From Octopus sinensis (Eukaryota): a stretch of DNA of 64,000 nucleotides. The notes below the pieces were generated by a model. The model was given only the letters and a program-made list of their open reading frames with translations. It was not told where the DNA came from and did no database searches. Both the position numbers and the translations under genes were made by a program. Below are positions 1 through 13,231 of the stretch, piece by piece. The stretch covers positions 163,990,001 to 164,054,000 of the forward strand of contig NC_042998.1 in the NCBI RefSeq assembly GCF_006345805.1. The letters are read 5' to 3'. How positions within the stretch are numbered: position 1 is the first letter of the stretch; each line of letters begins with the position of its first letter.

Positions 1-1830
1 TCCGGGCTAAATATGTTTCATTGCGAGTGGATCCTCGGAAGTGGTAGATACCCAAGCGAGATTCATACCGCAGTCTACTCGTCAGGCCAAGGGCATCTTG
101 ATTGAATGAAAGTTTACATTGTCGCAAGGAGGTACTTGTTAACACATGGAAGAATCCATCAGAATGTGTGGACAGCACAGAAAGAGTGGATAATATAATG
201 TAGAAAGAAATTAGGAATAAAAATAAAAAATAAAAAGAATAAAAATATAAGGGAGTAAAAAGAATGAGGAATTTAAGCAAGGTCATTTGACCGGTAGTAT
301 TCAAAAGGGCTATTTTGGCCAAATCAGAGATTAGCAAGGGGAGTGGTATTTGAAAAAAAAGACAATGTGGAGAGAAGAGGGTGAGGAAATATTCGTGGTC
401 AAGAGGTAGGAAATGTGGTCAAGTATCAGAGTGGAAATCTAGACAGAATGGGGGAAGAATTGTAGCGACAACCACTATCAATGAAGGAATATATATTGTT
501 GTGTGCGGTGAGCATGTTTACGATATGAATTAGTAGAGGTGTATGTAGGCGTATGTACTTGTAAGTTTACAGAGGGGGGTGGAGGGGGATACAGATGAAA
601 TAAGAGAAAAAGGTTATAAATGGTAAGGAGAAATAAAAAGAGACGTATATAAATAACAATAAGGAATTAAAGGGAATTAAAGGGTGGTTTAATATATAGT
701 TGTTGTGAGGGGTAAATATGGGAGAAAAATTTAGGAAGGTTAGGGGAAAAGATGCAGTGTGTGGGGGAAATGTTGTTATTTGTATTTTGAGAATAGATTT
801 ACTGATCGATGTTTGCAGGCAAAGATTGTACTGCTGCTTTCATTAAAACAATCCGTGTATTGCGTAAGAGCTAAGACCTCGGCTATGCAGAGATCACACT
901 TGCTATTATAGCCACTGTGTGGTTTGGGGTGGGTGACTATGGGCCACTTGAGAGTGTTAGGAGTTGAATCATTCTTTAGTTTATAAATAAGCTGAAATGT
1001 GCTGTTGGATTTTGTTTGGGACTTGAAACTGGAGTAGTGGTTGCTCCTTCTGGCTTTGAAGGTGGTGCTGCACGAGCCGATATGTAAGTAGTTACAGTTG
1101 GCAGTTGATACTGTACACTTTTAAACGATGTTTTTTTGTGAGACAATGATTATCTAAAGGACAGGAGGTTGGGCGTCTGAAGCTGCATAGGTGTGTAGAG
1201 AGAGTTCCGGATGAATTTGTTGCTGTTTAGTGAGGAACCGGTGTTAGGTTCGTAATTAGTGGTGGCGTTAAGATTAGTATTTGTTAAGAAGTTGAGGATG
1301 GCGTTGTGGGGGTGTATAATGTGATAGTTATCATGTGCGGTGGTATCGTCTGTATCGTTCTTAATTTTTACATGAGGTATAGTTGGGCGAAGTGGTAAAT
1401 TTAAGGAGCGGGTGTTAGTAGTGGAATTACAGCTAGAGTTGTGAGGGTTAGTGTTGGTAAGGGGGTCAATTGGTGTTCTGGATTGATATGTATGGAACTG
1501 GGGATTATGTTGAGCTATGATATTAGGGTGGGGGTTAGCTGGTTGTGGATTTCCGAGTTTCTTGTTGTTAAGATGTCGGATTATTCCGGCAATGTTATTG
1601 TTGTTGTTGGTGGTGGTGGAGTACAACAATTTTATAGATTGGGGGTTAAATACTTTTGTAACAGGGCTAGATTTAGAGAAATGTTTTTCGAGTAGGGCAA
1701 AGAAGAGTTTAGGTACTCGAGCCTGGACATTAATAGCGAAGGGTGGAATGGAACCAGAGAACGTCCCGGGTTCTTGTTCGTTGCACACCCACATACATCA
1801 GTTGGCAATTAAACTATCATAGTGGTGAGT
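1..1830 (-). mobile_element. Penelope-like element (PLE) 3' fragment: post-RT linker, GIY-YIG endonuclease and 3' region, frameshifted
   Basis: Minus-strand translations give RDVLWF..PPFAINVQARVPKLFFALLEKHF..KVFN..IKLLYS (1794-1560), HIGSCSTTFKARRSNHYSSFK (~1090-1020) and KWPI...SKCDLCIAEVL...CKH (~950-805). These match the PLE linker, the YIG motif and the C-terminal CxLC/CxH pattern. Confidence 0.8.
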
Positions 1831-3263
1831 AGCCTAATTTTTATATTTGTACTTTATACGACTCTTCATTAAGTAAACGATGTACTGTTTATGTGTCACA
1901 CAGCGTGAATCAGCAGTAATAATTTGCTATTAGAGACGGAAGCAGGATTAGTTCTGAATAGCATTCTGCACATCCAACTTAATGTGGATGTACTGTAGAA
2001 ACCACAACATTGATAAAGCACCTCGTATAGACATACAGTGCTAAAAAACTACACGCTTTTCGTCTGCGAATGATGTTTTTATGCATTTTAGCACTATATG
2101 TCTATATGATATGCCTTCTCAGGAGAAATACCGCAGTGTTTGTGTCTTTTACAGTATATTCACATTAAGATGGATATACAGAATGCAAATTAGAAGTACT
2201 AAAATAAATTTATATTAAAAAAAACTATTAGGTACAATTAATAACTATACCAGACATATACACATTCCTTCAATGCTTTTTTGTATATTTCTTTGTTTTT
2301 TTTTTGCTAAAGAGATGAAAGTACAATAGCAGAAACACAGTATACAATAACATAGAAATTTGTTCGAACACTTTTCGATGTTCACTATCACCTTCTATGA
2401 GAAACTCTGCTTTAGAACTTCCTTCACACCTAACAAATCCTACACGAGCACATTTGCCACTTCCCCCCCAAGCACATACACCACCTTCCTCCTTTGTTTT
2501 ATCTGAAACATCACAATACGTGAATCACCGACTAAATGAATCCATTTCTCCTATTATTTGATCTCTGACATTTTTATTTAGTTGAATCAAACACATGAAA
2601 TATACAAACTGGAGGAATCGATTGTACAAACAAGAGAAAAGATGGACAAGAAACTTCAATCTGATAAAGTTAGTAGTTAATTGGTTAAAATGTGTAATAT
2701 ATTTCGGAATGAATTCCAAAGAATAGTTGGATAATCAAGCTATCAATCAAATGCGTAAATACAGAAAGGAAGAAAGCGGTAAAGATACAGAGAAGAAAAG
2801 AAAAGAGAAAGGTTGAAAGAAACAATATACTTTTAAATTTGTTACTTAATTAATTAGAATAATTAAAAATAAATAGCTAAAATTTTATCTATCAATCGAT
2901 CAAATTCGTAAATACTAAGAAAGGAAGAAATAGAGCAGGAGAGAGGAACTGAAGATATGACAAAAATAAAGATAATACTAAATAAATGAAAAAAGTTTAT
3001 AACTTTTGACAGAGGCATTACACTAGAAATTTTGATTGGAGGAAACAATCAATTACATCGGCTCAAGTATTTGACCCGTTCTTTGTTTTATCTACCAACG
3101 AAGAACGAAAGGCAAAGGTAACACTAGCGAGATTTGAATTCAGCTTCAATACCGAAAGCATTTTGACTGACGATCTACAGATTTTGTCTGTTTACTCCTC
3201 GGATGAAACAAAGACTAATAGAAGTAAAGGAAAAGACAAAAAGAGAAAGCATTTATATGTACA

Positions 3264-3331
<68 letters not shown>

Positions 3332-3802
3332 TATAAATATACATGTACGCTAGTAATGAACTGAAAGAATGACTTTACACCTCATTTGTGGATAAACAAT
3401 ATTCAAACTATGATTGAGTTATTACGCTTATATTTGCATTGAACCATTGGCGTAGTATTCACAGCACTGTACTATTAACACTATGTACGATTGCAATCCA
3501 GTACAACTTGTTGCAAGGTCGGATGGCCGGCAAGTAAACCGCAACACCAAGCTTTACTGGTAAGGATGGTGATTTTGAACACGCTGCAGGATGAAAAACA
3601 AGACCTGTCAAAGGGCAGAAGAAATCAAGAGTCAACGGCCGGTGCTTACCAGTCGTAGTGAAGGCAATCCATCATGGAGAAGGAAATTTCTGAAATTAAA
3701 ACTGTTCAACGAAAACTTGCAGCCAGCTGATACTGTTTTTCCCACAAAAGCTGACACGTAGAGCTACGACGTCGTCAACAGATGACTGATAGTAAATAAT
3801 AA

Positions 3803-3860
<58 letters not shown>

Positions 3861-3959
3861 TCCAATAATGATTCGTATAATACTAGTCCTGTTTCGTTCA
3901 CTTTAGAATACTTCTGAGAGTCCCACGGATGAATTCTAGACTTTAAAGAACTCAACTAA

Positions 3960-4480
3960 TCTTTTAGTAGGCATTATTTCAATAAATACATTCACTATGC
4001 TTTATATGATGAGTACTTGGTGTTTTGTGGTTGTCAATATATTCGAATATGAACATATAACAATTGTTGAATATTTTGTTATATTTATGCAAACGCGGAC
4101 AATGGGTGTCACTAGTGTGGAGAAGCGTCTAGTTATGCCTTCCACCTTCATACTATGTGGTGGATCGAACCACAAAAATTTTCTACGTCAACATCTTTTG
4201 AATTTAGTTGGGATAGGTTCAGTGCAAGTGATATTTTCAATGAAGTTGAATGGGGTGGCTATATTGACGGTTGCGTCATCCGAAATGCGTCTATTAACAT
4301 AAGCTGTATTCAATTTGTTTGATGACTGATGGCGGGTGATTTGAGGCTCTATTAAAGTAAGCAGTTTCTATATTTGGTTTATGGAAGGAGTGCAGAGGAT
4401 CATGTTAAATCTAAGTAATTGTCTGTTTTGACACGAGTAGTGACAATGACTATTAAATAAAGTTGTGTGAATATCCTGAT
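3960..4480 (-). mobile_element. Decayed PLE RT-thumb/linker remnant
   Basis: Minus-strand YLDLT, NHPPSVIKQI and RRKFLWFDPPHSMKV, interrupted by stops and frameshifts. Same motif series as the elements at 1-1830 and 27040-27660. Confidence 0.6.
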
Positions 4481-7400
4481 TATTTTTTCTTCTTGTAGTG
4501 ACTTCATTTAATCATAGAGTAGATTCGAACCTGAATTTCCATATTTCCCATAATATTTGAATAGCATTTTTCTCACAGAAAAACAATGGTCACATTTAAC
4601 ATATGGCTTTGCCAAGCCGATTTATGTCTTCAACACTTGACCCTCCAGACTTATTCTACGCCATGAAAAGTTAGAATTGAGATAACACTTACCTCCAACG
4701 AAATCTATTGTTCTCAACAATATGTCTCTTTTTATAACTAGTATTGTATAGTTATAAATACTAGTACTCCGTAAGTCAAAATCAGTTGGTGTATAGAGGC
4801 GACTAGGGATGACCACAGACAACCACTTGACACAAGCGGCCAGAGGGAGAAAGAAAACAATCAGCCACTATGAGTCATACAACTTCCCTCGACTTTCTAA
4901 CTTTCACTAGCTCACTTTCTCTTCTCTACAACATTACCCTATTTCTATCTGTAGTTTACTACCACACAATGTCGAGAACACAAACACGAACTATACAAGG
5001 AAAATCTACGATATTCATCTTTACTTTACATGCTTTACGAATTTATCATACCAGCCCGTCGTATTTGACTGTAACAATATGTAACGGTAAATAAATGTTT
5101 GTTTACAAATTCGATCACTGTTCTTCTTTCATCTTGCTCATTTGCAACAGCAACACTTTACAATTCGTAACTGCCTGAGTCCAACATATATCATAATACA
5201 CACCGTTACAATGGGTGACCCTCGACTACAACAACTAACTTATACTGTTACATTCTAACGTTATGACGTGTCCATTTTGCCTCCTTTATATCGTTGCTAC
5301 TAGCTTATATAGGAGAAACATGAATTAGATCTGCGATTTTATCCCCGTTGTAATAATGTCAAAAAGTTCCTCACCACTATTTTTTTTAACCCATTTCAAT
5401 TTATTGTAAAATAGTAATGATTTTCTGGAGTTAATAATAATATTAATTTTGGGGTCGGCATTTGAAGGTTATAGCTTTCCACATTCAAGGTTTTGAGATT
5501 AACGATTAATAATAATATTAAACTGTACGAGCCTGAAATTAGATTTGTCATTTATACACTTAAATCATTCAATATCCATTGATATCGATTTGAAAATTTT
5601 TACCTATTTCGCTTTTAGAAGGATTGATTATCTGCAGCTAATATGAGTAAGGTTTTTATTAACTTTGTTTAAAAATCGTGTTTCATTTTTCATCTTTAAA
5701 GAACTGTGTTTTCAGCATAGTCAAACTATTTCATATTTATAACTACATTTATAACTAAAGAGTATTGTGCACTTTTTAATTTTTAGAGGAATTAATTAAT
5801 CTAGACAAAATTTTGATGCCCTTAAAACCGCTTTACTGTTTTGCCTGGGATTTTAAAAATTTTGTTTTGTATAACTGTAACATTTTCAAATATTGTGTTA
5901 CACAGTGTTTGATTTTAATATTTCCTTCAGTTCGTCTAGGCTTAGGGATGAATGAATGTCCTTCATTTGTTAATTATTATTTAAAGAACTACGCTTGCGA
6001 GGTCTAAAATAATTTACTTCATTTCCTTGCCGCACAATGCCAAGATTGCAGCGAAATAAACTTTCTGGAAATCAATTGATGGTAAACAGAAAGCTATTGC
6101 ATATAACGAATTTTTGTTCGGCCGGGCGGCTAATGGCAACACCAATTCAATCACTGTTTTATTTTATTGGTAAATGCGGATTTCATCGTAACATGCGTTT
6201 TACAGTGAGCACATGCTACTGACAACTCCCAACGAGGCAGAAATGCACACCGTCTATTACCGGAATAGTTTGTGCTTTTAAACATTGTACTTCAAAAAGA
6301 GATATTATATTTGGACGAATGACGTAGTAAATTTGCTTTTTCGATGTATTTGCATTAAGTATGATACATAGATGGCTTTTAATCTAATGCTGCTTTTGTT
6401 GCATATAACTGACACACACGCAATATCGACTAATTTTCAAAGTGTAAAGGGGACAAAATAGAAGGGTGAAAGATGGAATAGATTTGATAAAAGATATACT
6501 TGATGAGAACTAAATAGGGGATATACATTAGCAGTAGTATCAGTAACAGCAACATTTAAATGCACTAACGAGGAGACGTTTATGGGGTCATACGACCAGC
6601 TAAAATTGCAGCTACATTACCCTCTTGTCTCATTGTACTGACTTAGGAAAAGAAGAGTGCAGTGCCCCATATAGTTTTGATCTACAAAAAAACAAACAAA
6701 AAAACAACAAAAAAAAACAGGATAGTCATAGCTGGAACACCTTTTGATCATAGGTTTGCTTGACCAAGGTCGATCTGGGTATAAAGAACAACAGTTGCAA
6801 TAAAAGCAAAAAAAAATAAGGAAATTAAAAAAATGATTTTGTTCAGCCCCAGTACGAATACCTAGAATTGATAAAAAAAAAAAGAAAAACATAGCTGTAC
6901 CAATTACCTAAAGCTGGCCAACAATTACAATAGAATGTGTATGAAAACAAAAACATCTTTAGAACTTGGATATTTTGAAGCAATATAATTAACTGCTATC
7001 TTAGATAAAAAAAGTAGAACCATCAGAATGCATCTACAACACTACATCTGCATATTCAATTGTAAAAAACTTCACAGAGGCAATAATATGTTTCGGTAAA
7101 GAACATTTTTGAAGATGGCATCAAGGAATAATATAGAAAGTTAAAAGATAAAATTAAAAGGTATATATAACATATCCATTTCTTCCGAAAAAAAAAAACA
7201 CACACACACACACCAGACCCCCCCCCCCCCCAAAAAAAAAAACATCTCTCCACTATCGCAGTTAATCTCTAACTTGAAATAAGAATATTAAAATATTTTG
7301 GTTTGCAATAAAATCTACAGTACGCCTTGTCAATTGATCGCAAAGATGCCGTTTCACTTTGACGAAGATTGTGGCCTGTTGGGAGTGCTACAAAAGATTA

Positions 7401-8148
7401 GAGATTGTATCAAAATGCAGACACGAGACCAAACATCTAATCAACACACATTTCTGTTTAACTTACATTTCTACATATAAAGAGGATAAAATCTTACCTG
7501 TGAGAGACTATGAGGCAGTTCAACTTGGGAGAAGTAACACCCAGATATCTCTCAAATCATACGCACACATTTTATAAAAAGACGGACGATATTTGATAAT
7601 ATCTTTTTTTATACATTTCTGCGGAAAATTTAGGACATCAATATAAGTCTGCTTTAGTGAAAGCTTATCCGTGGTTAAGCAATAATAAGAGCATAAATTG
7701 GTTGTTAATAAAGTTATTCTACCGAGGGACATTCGAGTTAAAAAGAACCTCAATTTAGTTGATTGGTCAGCTAGAAATAGTTGTTAAAACTCTCTCTAAT
7801 AACACCATCTTAAATAGGGGACACAAGTAATAATATACTCCTTGAAGTGACTAGGTATAGCTGTGTCGTTAAGCAGGTCAAATAGATCTTCCTAGTCCAG
7901 GCTATATCATTAAACTAAGTTTCCTTAATCAGGTTTACCCGAGGTTCAACAACTACAACAACAACAAACCTGTTACATGCAATCAGAAGCTGACCAAAGG
8001 CGATATTGCAGGCAAGTAGACGACTTTGTAACCGCTGAAAAAATCTAAACATAATACCAGTTACAATACTCAAAGATTTGCACGAGTAGGAATAGCGACG
8101 TAGTGAAGAATTAGTTCGAATGAACGAATAATAAGCGTAACTGCAAAT

Positions 8149-8200
<52 letters not shown>

Positions 8201-8549
8201 ACACACACACACATGTATATACATATACATACTTATGTATATGAATGTATGTATGTATATTTTTATATATATGCTGTATGCGTTGATATGAGTTTGTGTA
8301 CGTTTGAGTGAGTAAAAATGTGTGTGTGTGTGTGTGTGTGGTGTGTGTGTGTGTGTGTGTGCGCGAGCGTCTCTGTACATCTATAAACAATGATAAAATA
8401 TCTAGTTGCTATGCAATTATGGTTGTGATTTACAGTTGGATAAGTTATTGCACATTCAGAGCGGAAAACAGGAAAACATTTGTAATTAAATTTCTTTCTC
8501 TTGTAATTTATTTAAATATCAATCGAAATGCGAGCAAGGCGAACACTGA

Positions 8550-8649
<100 letters not shown>

Positions 8650-8666
8650 GTCTGTCTATCTGTCTA

Positions 8667-8703
<37 letters not shown>

Positions 8704-9997
8704 GTGTGTGTTTCTACTCAAACCTAATATGTGGCTATATTTGCGGGCGCGAATACACACACACACTTTTTCTGTGTGTGTTTATGCGTTGTGTGTGTGT
8801 GTGTGTGTGTGCGCGCGCGCGCATTTGAATGTATATCTGATATGATTTGAATGCATACTCATATATACACACAACATGTATGTATGTATGTATGTATCTG
8901 TCCGTCTGTGTCTGTCTGTCTGTCTCTCTCTTTCTCTCTCTCTCTCTCTATATATATGTATATATATATATATATATATATGCGTGTGTGCGTGTGTGTG
9001 TGTGTGCGTGCGTGTGTGTATAAATAGATAAATATATATATATACTTGTCTATTTATATATATACATATATATGTGTGTGTGTGTGTGCATGTGTTCATA
9101 TATTGATATACATATATAAATATATAGATGCAAACACACGGACTTATACTTTTATATAATATATACGCATATATGTATAAATCTAGGCTTACGTATACAC
9201 GTAAACGTGTATGCACATATATGCACACACAGTTTGATACAGTTATGTAAAACCAAATAGTGCACGCTTGCTGTATAAATGCGAGAGAATGAATGATGTA
9301 ATGAAAAAGTAAAAAAAAGGCGATCGAGCGAAGAGAACAATCATTTTTAATAAATACTCTACTGTACATACACATGAGGCATGCAGAGGCTCATGCAAGA
9401 AAGTGCTTGTAATTTGTGTTTTGCAAACCCCGGGTCCGTTTTGCATCTAAAACTGTCAGATGTTAAAAGCCGTCGATTTCAATCAGTCATTTATTCGACA
9501 GTTAATGCCTTGATACTTAATTCACGATGACTCAATTCAATCAAGTTTATGTTGGTTCGACATGATGGTATTTTCATTCGCTGCAACCAGTAGCAGTACT
9601 ATCAAAACTCTTTCGCTTGAGTTGCTGAATTCCACTGATTTTGCATATGAAGCATAGAAAAAGAACGGCTCTTGCAAGGTGACTCGTCTTTAATCAAGTA
9701 CATGAAATCAAAGCAACTTACAGTTTTTCAAGAAACCAAGAAACCTTTACAAACTGCCGGTCATATTTAATAACCGTTGATGATGTATACTCCCTCCTAT
9801 CCGGTATTCACATAAACGGAACTCTCAAGCCGCCGGCACCCAGGAAGGAAAATAAATGAAAACGTGTTGATAACTTGAGTCAAGAGAATTAGTGCTAATT
9901 TGAGTTAATTAACTGTCATTAAAAAAGGTTTCTAGTTTATCTGAAAGGGATCGTTTACAAAACCTATATTCCATTAGGTTAATAAAATTTGTTCAGT

Positions 9998-10225
9998 ACT
10001 TTACTCTTTTACTCTTTTACTTGTTTCAGTCATTTGACTGTGGCCATGCTGGAGCACCGCCTTTAGTCGAGCAAATCGACCCCAGGACTTATTCTTTGTA
10101 AACCTAGTACTTATTCTATCGGTGTCTTTTGCCGAACCGCTAAGCTACGGGTACGTAAATACACCAACATCGGTTGTCAAGCGATGTTGGGGAGACAAAC
10201 ACAAACGCACAAACATATACACACA

Positions 10226-10295
<70 letters not shown>

Positions 10296-10450
10296 TACGG
10301 GCTTCTTTCAGTTTCCGTCTACCAAATCCACTCTCAAGGCTTTGGTCGGCCCGAGGCTATAGTAGAAGACACATGTCAAAGGTGCCACGCAGTGGGACTG
10401 AACCCGGGACCATGTGGCTGGTAAGCAAACTACTTACCACACAGCCACTC
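9998..10450 (-). mobile_element. Cephalopod tRNA-derived SINE, full length
   Basis: Minus-strand head GAGTGGCTGTGTGGTAAG (A box) and GGTTCAGTCCC (B box), conserved body, internal (TA)n and an (AGTAAA)n-type tail. Many near-identical copies occur in the window. Confidence 0.9.
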
Positions 10451-10689
10451 AGTGACAGGATTCACGCCATTTATTTCAACTTTTAGATCATTGCACGTGT
10501 AAGTGACAAAAAGTGAAATAGTAACAGCTAACATTATAAACCGTGAATCAGACATGGTTCACTAAAAACTAACGTTTAGATCTATGATATTCGTAACAAA
10601 TAGTTATTGTATTTACGGTAAAAATATAACTGTTGTAAAATTATATAACACACAGTTGTGTATTATGATTTAACGAAATCCTGTGTAGG

Positions 10690-10851
10690 GGCGGTCATGG
10701 GTGTGTCCTTTGTAGGTCCTTTGTAACAGCGTGGTTTCGTGTTCAGTAGCGCACTGTGTGGAAGCAGGGTCACGTGCCTTTTACTGTAGCTCCAAGCCAA
10801 CCAATGCCTTGTGATCAAATTTGGTAGACGGAAACTGAATGGAAGTCCGTC

Positions 10852-10902
<51 letters not shown>

Positions 10903-11045
10903 GTGTGTGTGTGTGTGTGTGCGTGCGCGCGCGCGTGTCTCTGCGCGTCTCATTGTCTTTGTTCCCCGCCTCACCACTTGACAACTGATATTGGCTTGTT
11001 TATGTCCTCGTAACTTAGTACCCATAGTTCAATGACTGAATCAAG
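10690..11045 (+). mobile_element. Diverged copy of the same SINE family
   Basis: Contains GGTAGACGGAAACTGAA..CCGTCGTATAT and CACTTGACAAC..GTAACTTAG body motifs. Confidence 0.7.
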
Positions 11046-11078
11046 ACAATGATGATTTTATATATATATATATATATA

Positions 11079-11114
<36 letters not shown>

Positions 11115-11633
11115 ATAAGAGTAAATAATTTCTATAATGGTTTTTAAAAAAACCAACAATTATTTACTGGTAGAATTCGGTATGTAAATATAGCCGATTA
11201 ACGGTAGGAACTTCTGTAAATTTCAATATATATATTGTATATAAATAAAATGGGCTGGCAACATGGTTGCTTGGCCGCATACCGAAAAGTTAGAAATAGC
11301 AGTCAAGACTGTCTATTTCTATTATCTACAAGTGAGGCTCCACATACGACATACCCTGTAATTCACATATGCAAAATAGAAGGAATAGATAACGAAAACA
11401 ACATATACACACCCAGTATCCCTCGCCATATCGCGGGTCACCTACCGCGACTTACTATTTAAGCTTAATTCGATTCGTCCGTAGTGTTGTTTTGCATATA
11501 TATATATATATATATATCTATACAAATTAAAAAAATAAAATAATATAAATATACAGTACAGAATTATTTCTGCTTCGCGCGTATTTTGACAGCCGCGATA
11601 GTCGAGAGATTACTGTATATATATATATATATA

Positions 11634-11832
11634 TAATATTAATTAGAGACAAAACCACTATTTTGCAAAAACTTGAATAGAAGATATGAAATCCACCTGA
11701 TGAATGTCATTTGAAGACAGGAAACAATTGTAGTGGCGATTTATTTACTTTATATTAAAATTTTTTTATGTATTGATTAAGTCTTTCCTTGTTTGATTTG
11801 CAAAATAGTGGTTTTGTCTCTAACTAATATTA
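11634..11832. repeat. ~200-bp element with ~36-bp inverted ends enclosing an HHR
   Basis: TAATATTAATTAGAGACAAAACCACTATTTTGCAAA at 11634-11669 and its near-perfect reverse complement at 11797-11832; starts next to (TA)n. Confidence 0.75.
11693..11736 (+). ncRNA. Minimal type I hammerhead ribozyme (GUA site)
   Basis: CCAC-CUGAUGA-A-UGUC-auuugaa-GACA-G-GAAA-CAAUUG-UA^GUGG. Stem I is 4 bp, stem II is 4 bp with an A.G base, and stem III is palindromic (ACAAUUGU). Confidence 0.75.
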
Positions 11833-11939
11833 TATAATATTTTACTATAAAATTGGATTCAATCCTAAATCTGATTTTTCCCTGTAAATTTGGATTTATT
11901 CCCTAATATTTATTATTATTATATATATATATATATATA

Positions 11940-12112
11940 CCGTATGTGGATCGTTGGCGATTTTCTTTCTCCAACTTCCCTTCCTTAGACCTTTCCTTTT
12001 TCTGTTTCTGACGAATAGCTCCGCTCGAATAGTTAAATCTTCCTTCTTTGTTTCCTTTCCTGAGCGTCCAATAACACTACTTGTTCCACGTCTTCGCGTT
12101 GTGTTTTCCTTT

Positions 12113-12115
<3 letters not shown>
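11940..12115 (+). mobile_element. Short interspersed repeat carrying a decayed minimal HHR (12005-12037); same family as 25800-25995
   Basis: Aligns by eye with 25835-25995. The core reads TTT-CTGACGA-A-TAGC-tcc-GCTC-GAAT-AGTT-AAA (GAAA changed to GAAT). Flanked by (TA)n. Confidence 0.65.
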
Positions 12116-12156
<41 letters not shown>

Positions 12157-12160
12157 ATAT

Positions 12161-12560
12161 ACGGTTAAGTAATTGAGATTCTAGTGAATTCTAAAGAATT
12201 CACATGAATATGGTCCTTAACTAGGATGCCCGGATATCTATATGGTGTTAACCATACGACAAGTGGGGTGATTACAAATAGGAAAAAAAGCAACAAGAAT
12301 GGATTAAAATCTCGGTACGATCGTTTCGTACGAGGACATCTTTAATAAGCTACAAAAAATGCAGTGAATACAGATGGCTCGTACTCGTCAGCCGAAAAAA
12401 TATCAGAGAATTCCCAAACATCAAAAGGGGTAGATACAAAAGAGGTTGTAAGATTAACTGCATTGAAGAAAGTTCGATTCATGGAGATCCGATGAAAGGT
12501 TTTAAACCTATAGAATTTATGCATGTCTACATATAGCTCATATTGAATATTTGATATATA
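12161..12560 (-). mobile_element. PLE pseudo-LTR-like fragment between (TA)n tracts
   Basis: Minus-strand YRFKTFHRISMNRT resembles the PLE ORF C-terminal 'KTLxPxGLN' tail, and a canonical HHR follows it. Confidence 0.55.
12311..12396 (-). ncRNA. Canonical type I hammerhead ribozyme (GUA site)
   Basis: UUCGG-CUGACGA-GUACGAG-(43 nt)-CUCGUAC-GAAA-CGAUCG-UA^CCGAG. All core nucleotides are present, with 5-bp stem I, 7-bp stem II and palindromic stem III ACGAUCGU. Confidence 0.88.
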
Positions 12561-12635
12561 TATATATTGGTAAAAACGGTAAGATAACAAAAGAAAGAAA
12601 AAACCTCAATATTATGTAAATAGAGGAATTTATCT

Positions 12636-12939
12636 GTAAAATAATATGAGACAATTATTCGGTAGCCAAGATAAAACTTTGAGTTTCGGATGCCAAGGTG
12701 GAAATCCACGCCACCATCTCCTCGGTTATCTGGCCACATTTATTGGATGCAAGAATGTTTTCGCAGAATTTCTTTTAAATAATTTGTTGCTACAAACCCT
12801 GTGTATTCAACCTAGTCTTATAAAATAGAAAATTATTTAAGTGGAAAATATATTCATTTATAGAATTAATGGCCAGATAACCGAAACTCAGAGTTTTATC
12901 TTGGCTACCGAATAATTGTCTCATATTATTTTACAGATA

Positions 12940-12940
<1 letters not shown>
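12636..12940. repeat. Inverted repeat pair with a decayed HHR in the left arm (12669-12731, minus strand)
   Basis: 12636-12735 and 12860-12940 are reverse complements. The left arm reads AGAUAA-CCGAGGA-GAUG..CAUC-C-GAAA-CUCAAAG-UU^UUAUCU. The spacer 12735-12858 recurs at 16655-16790. Confidence 0.6.
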
Positions 12941-12988
<48 letters not shown>

Positions 12989-13124
12989 TATATATATATA
13001 TATCAACAATCAAGGAACGGCCATAATAGGCCATTCACCCACTAGAAATAACAGCCAAAGCTTCAACCGCAAATAAAAGTCAATTCCGTAAACAGGAGAA
13101 AATTTAAAAAACATTTACCCTGTA

Positions 13125-13231
13125 ATTTCTTATACGATGCACCGTTTCGTCTGCTGTTTAATGGTAGACTAACCTGATTAAATTAAATCAAGCCAATTTT
13201 CCATAGGCCCTCAGATTCTTCAGTAAGAAAT
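13125..13231 (-). ncRNA. Type I hammerhead ribozyme, inverted copy of array 1
   Basis: Reverse complement of the 13852-13957 motif, with the core intact. Confidence 0.8.

Noticed and set aside
4-92. Possible hammerhead at the 3' end of the first PLE (GGC-CUGACGA-GUAGA..UCUAC..GAAACAUAUUUA-GCC, minus strand)
   Set aside because: About 24 nt separate stem II from GAAA and stem III is mismatched. It is probably a decayed HHR, but it cannot be folded canonically.
3505-3660. RTE-like C-terminal trace (LQGRMAGK)
   Set aside because: Too short and decayed to support as a feature. The same applies to a faint trace at ~56600-56860.
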